Shown here piece after piece: positions 63,212-64,000 of a stretch of DNA of 64,000 nucleotides. The position numbers and the translations under genes are program-made. The DNA lies in assembly GCA_947626425.1 (NCBI GenBank), contig CANQRX010000001.1, positions 6,528-70,527 of the forward strand. The letters are read 5' to 3'. The DNA is from an uncultured Bacilli bacterium. Its GTDB lineage: Bacteria; Bacillota_I; Bacilli_A; RF39; UBA660. The stretch's first letter is position 1, and each line of letters starts with the position of its first letter. The notes under the pieces are model-generated. The model saw only the letters and a list, made by a program, of their open reading frames with translations, did not search any database and was not told where the DNA came from.

Positions 63212-64000
63212 ATGAATATCTTAAAAAAGAATTTAATTATAATAAAAAATCTTAAAGACCAAAAACATATTATGACACATTTAAAATATACAAATGAAAA
63301 ATTATTTATTGATGGACTGGAAATTGACTTGAATAAAATAGACCTTGCCCAAATATTTAACAATAAAATTATTGAACATATCGAAAAAATAACAATCACC
63401 GATATTAAAAAATTAGCTTTAATTGCCTTAGAAAAAGAACGGATGCAAGAAGAAAAATTAGCTAACGAAACCCCTGAGAATTTTCGAATTATGAATTTTC
63501 AAATTTTAAATAAGGTTAGAGAAGATGGAACATATCTTGAATATCCGTACTATGTCGATGAAAATAACCGAATTTATGTTCTTTTTAACTATGCTAAAAC
63601 TGATATTATTAATGAATATCAAAAACTATTTTTAGAATCACAAGGCCAATTAACCGGCCGCGATTTATATGAACACTTTGCCAGAAAAATGCCCAAAATC
63701 GAATTAACTCCTGATTATAAAAATCCTCATATGTCCGAAGAAAATAAGTTTGAAAGCGAATTAATCAATAAACAAAATAAATCCCAACGCGTATATCTAA
63801 ATCAAGAACATGATCTTTATTCACTTGGGACAACGCTTTATGTTCATAACTTTCAAAATGGTAATCTCAATCAAAATATTTACAACCATGAATCACCTTC
63901 GGAAAAATCTTCATACTATGACCAGTTTACTTCAACTAGAATTACCATGGCCCCAGCAAATCACCAAATGGGGCACATCATTACGATTCAAAAATATTTA
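63212..64000 (+). CDS. hypothetical protein, 3'-partial (runs off right edge)
   Basis: Open frame of 263 codons with no stop from the ATG at 63212 (SD AGGTGGAG at 63201-63208) to the window end; not in the ORF track because it is unterminated; no motif recognised. Confidence 0.5.
   Translation, partial: MNILKKNLIIIKNLKDQKHIMTHLKYTNEKLFIDGLEIDLNKIDLAQIFNNKIIEHIEKITITDIKKLALIALEKERMQEEKLANETPENFRIMNFQILNKVREDGTYLEYPYYVDENNRIYVLFNYAKTDIINEYQKLFLESQGQLTGRDLYEHFARKMPKIELTPDYKNPHMSEENKFESELINKQNKSQRVYLNQEHDLYSLGTTLYVHNFQNGNLNQNIYNHESPSEKSSYYDQFTSTRITMAPANHQMGHIITIQKYL

Noticed and set aside
63136-63399. 87-aa minus-strand ORF
   Set aside because: Ile/Phe low-complexity; overlaps the 5' end of a better-supported plus-strand ORF starting at 63212 with a strong SD.

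Overview
This window covers both flanks of the replication origin of a low-GC (about 25-28% GC), endospore-forming Firmicute that uses the standard genetic code. Long intact ORFs rule out TGA recoding. Gene order closely follows the Bacillus subtilis origin-proximal map.

On the + strand: rpmH-rnpA-yidC-jag-(800 bp spacer)-mnmE-mnmG-rsmG.

On the - strand, right to left: dnaA-dnaN-(comK-like)-recF-gyrB-gyrA | 3.1-kb non-coding array | ffs-tadA-dnaX-ybaB-recR-bofA-holB-ricT-yabB-pth-mfd-spoVT ... rplM-rpsI ... GH30 ... parA-parB-mscS-DUF951-abgT-ychF ... tdk ... metG-tatD ... rsmA-yabG-veg-spoVG.

oriC is bipartite, with DnaA-box clusters on both sides of dnaA. A DUE/DnaA-trio/double-box module sits between dnaA and dnaN.

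The outstanding feature is the 3.1 kb between gyrA and ffs/tadA, where Bacillus carries rrnO. It is ORF-free and consists of about 4.2 tandem copies of a ~657-bp higher-order repeat. Each copy carries four 16-bp palindromes that match the chromosomal parS consensus TGTTNCACGTGNAACA. There are 18 sites in total: 10 perfect, 6 with one mismatch and 2 with two mismatches. This is a dense, plasmid-centromere-like parS array 16-19 kb from the parAB operon. One repeat copy carries a ~360-bp insertion containing a GC-rich structured segment.

A ~12-kb accessory island (4.4-16.1 kb) sits between the rsmA block and tatD/metG. It holds an AbiEi/AbiEii toxin-antitoxin pair, two classes of orphan ATPases (AAA+PD-(D/E)XK; AAA_14/DUF4143), an IS200-like tnpA, a frameshifted VanZ-like pseudogene, an ABC exporter and a secreted Cys-rich protein.

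Other findings: a MITE-like element with 23-bp TIRs and an 8-bp TSD; an interleaved inverted-repeat element upstream of the GH30 gene; a small SRP RNA with a consensus promoter; and a ComK-family gene inserted between dnaN and recF.

No rRNA, tRNA or CRISPR was found.
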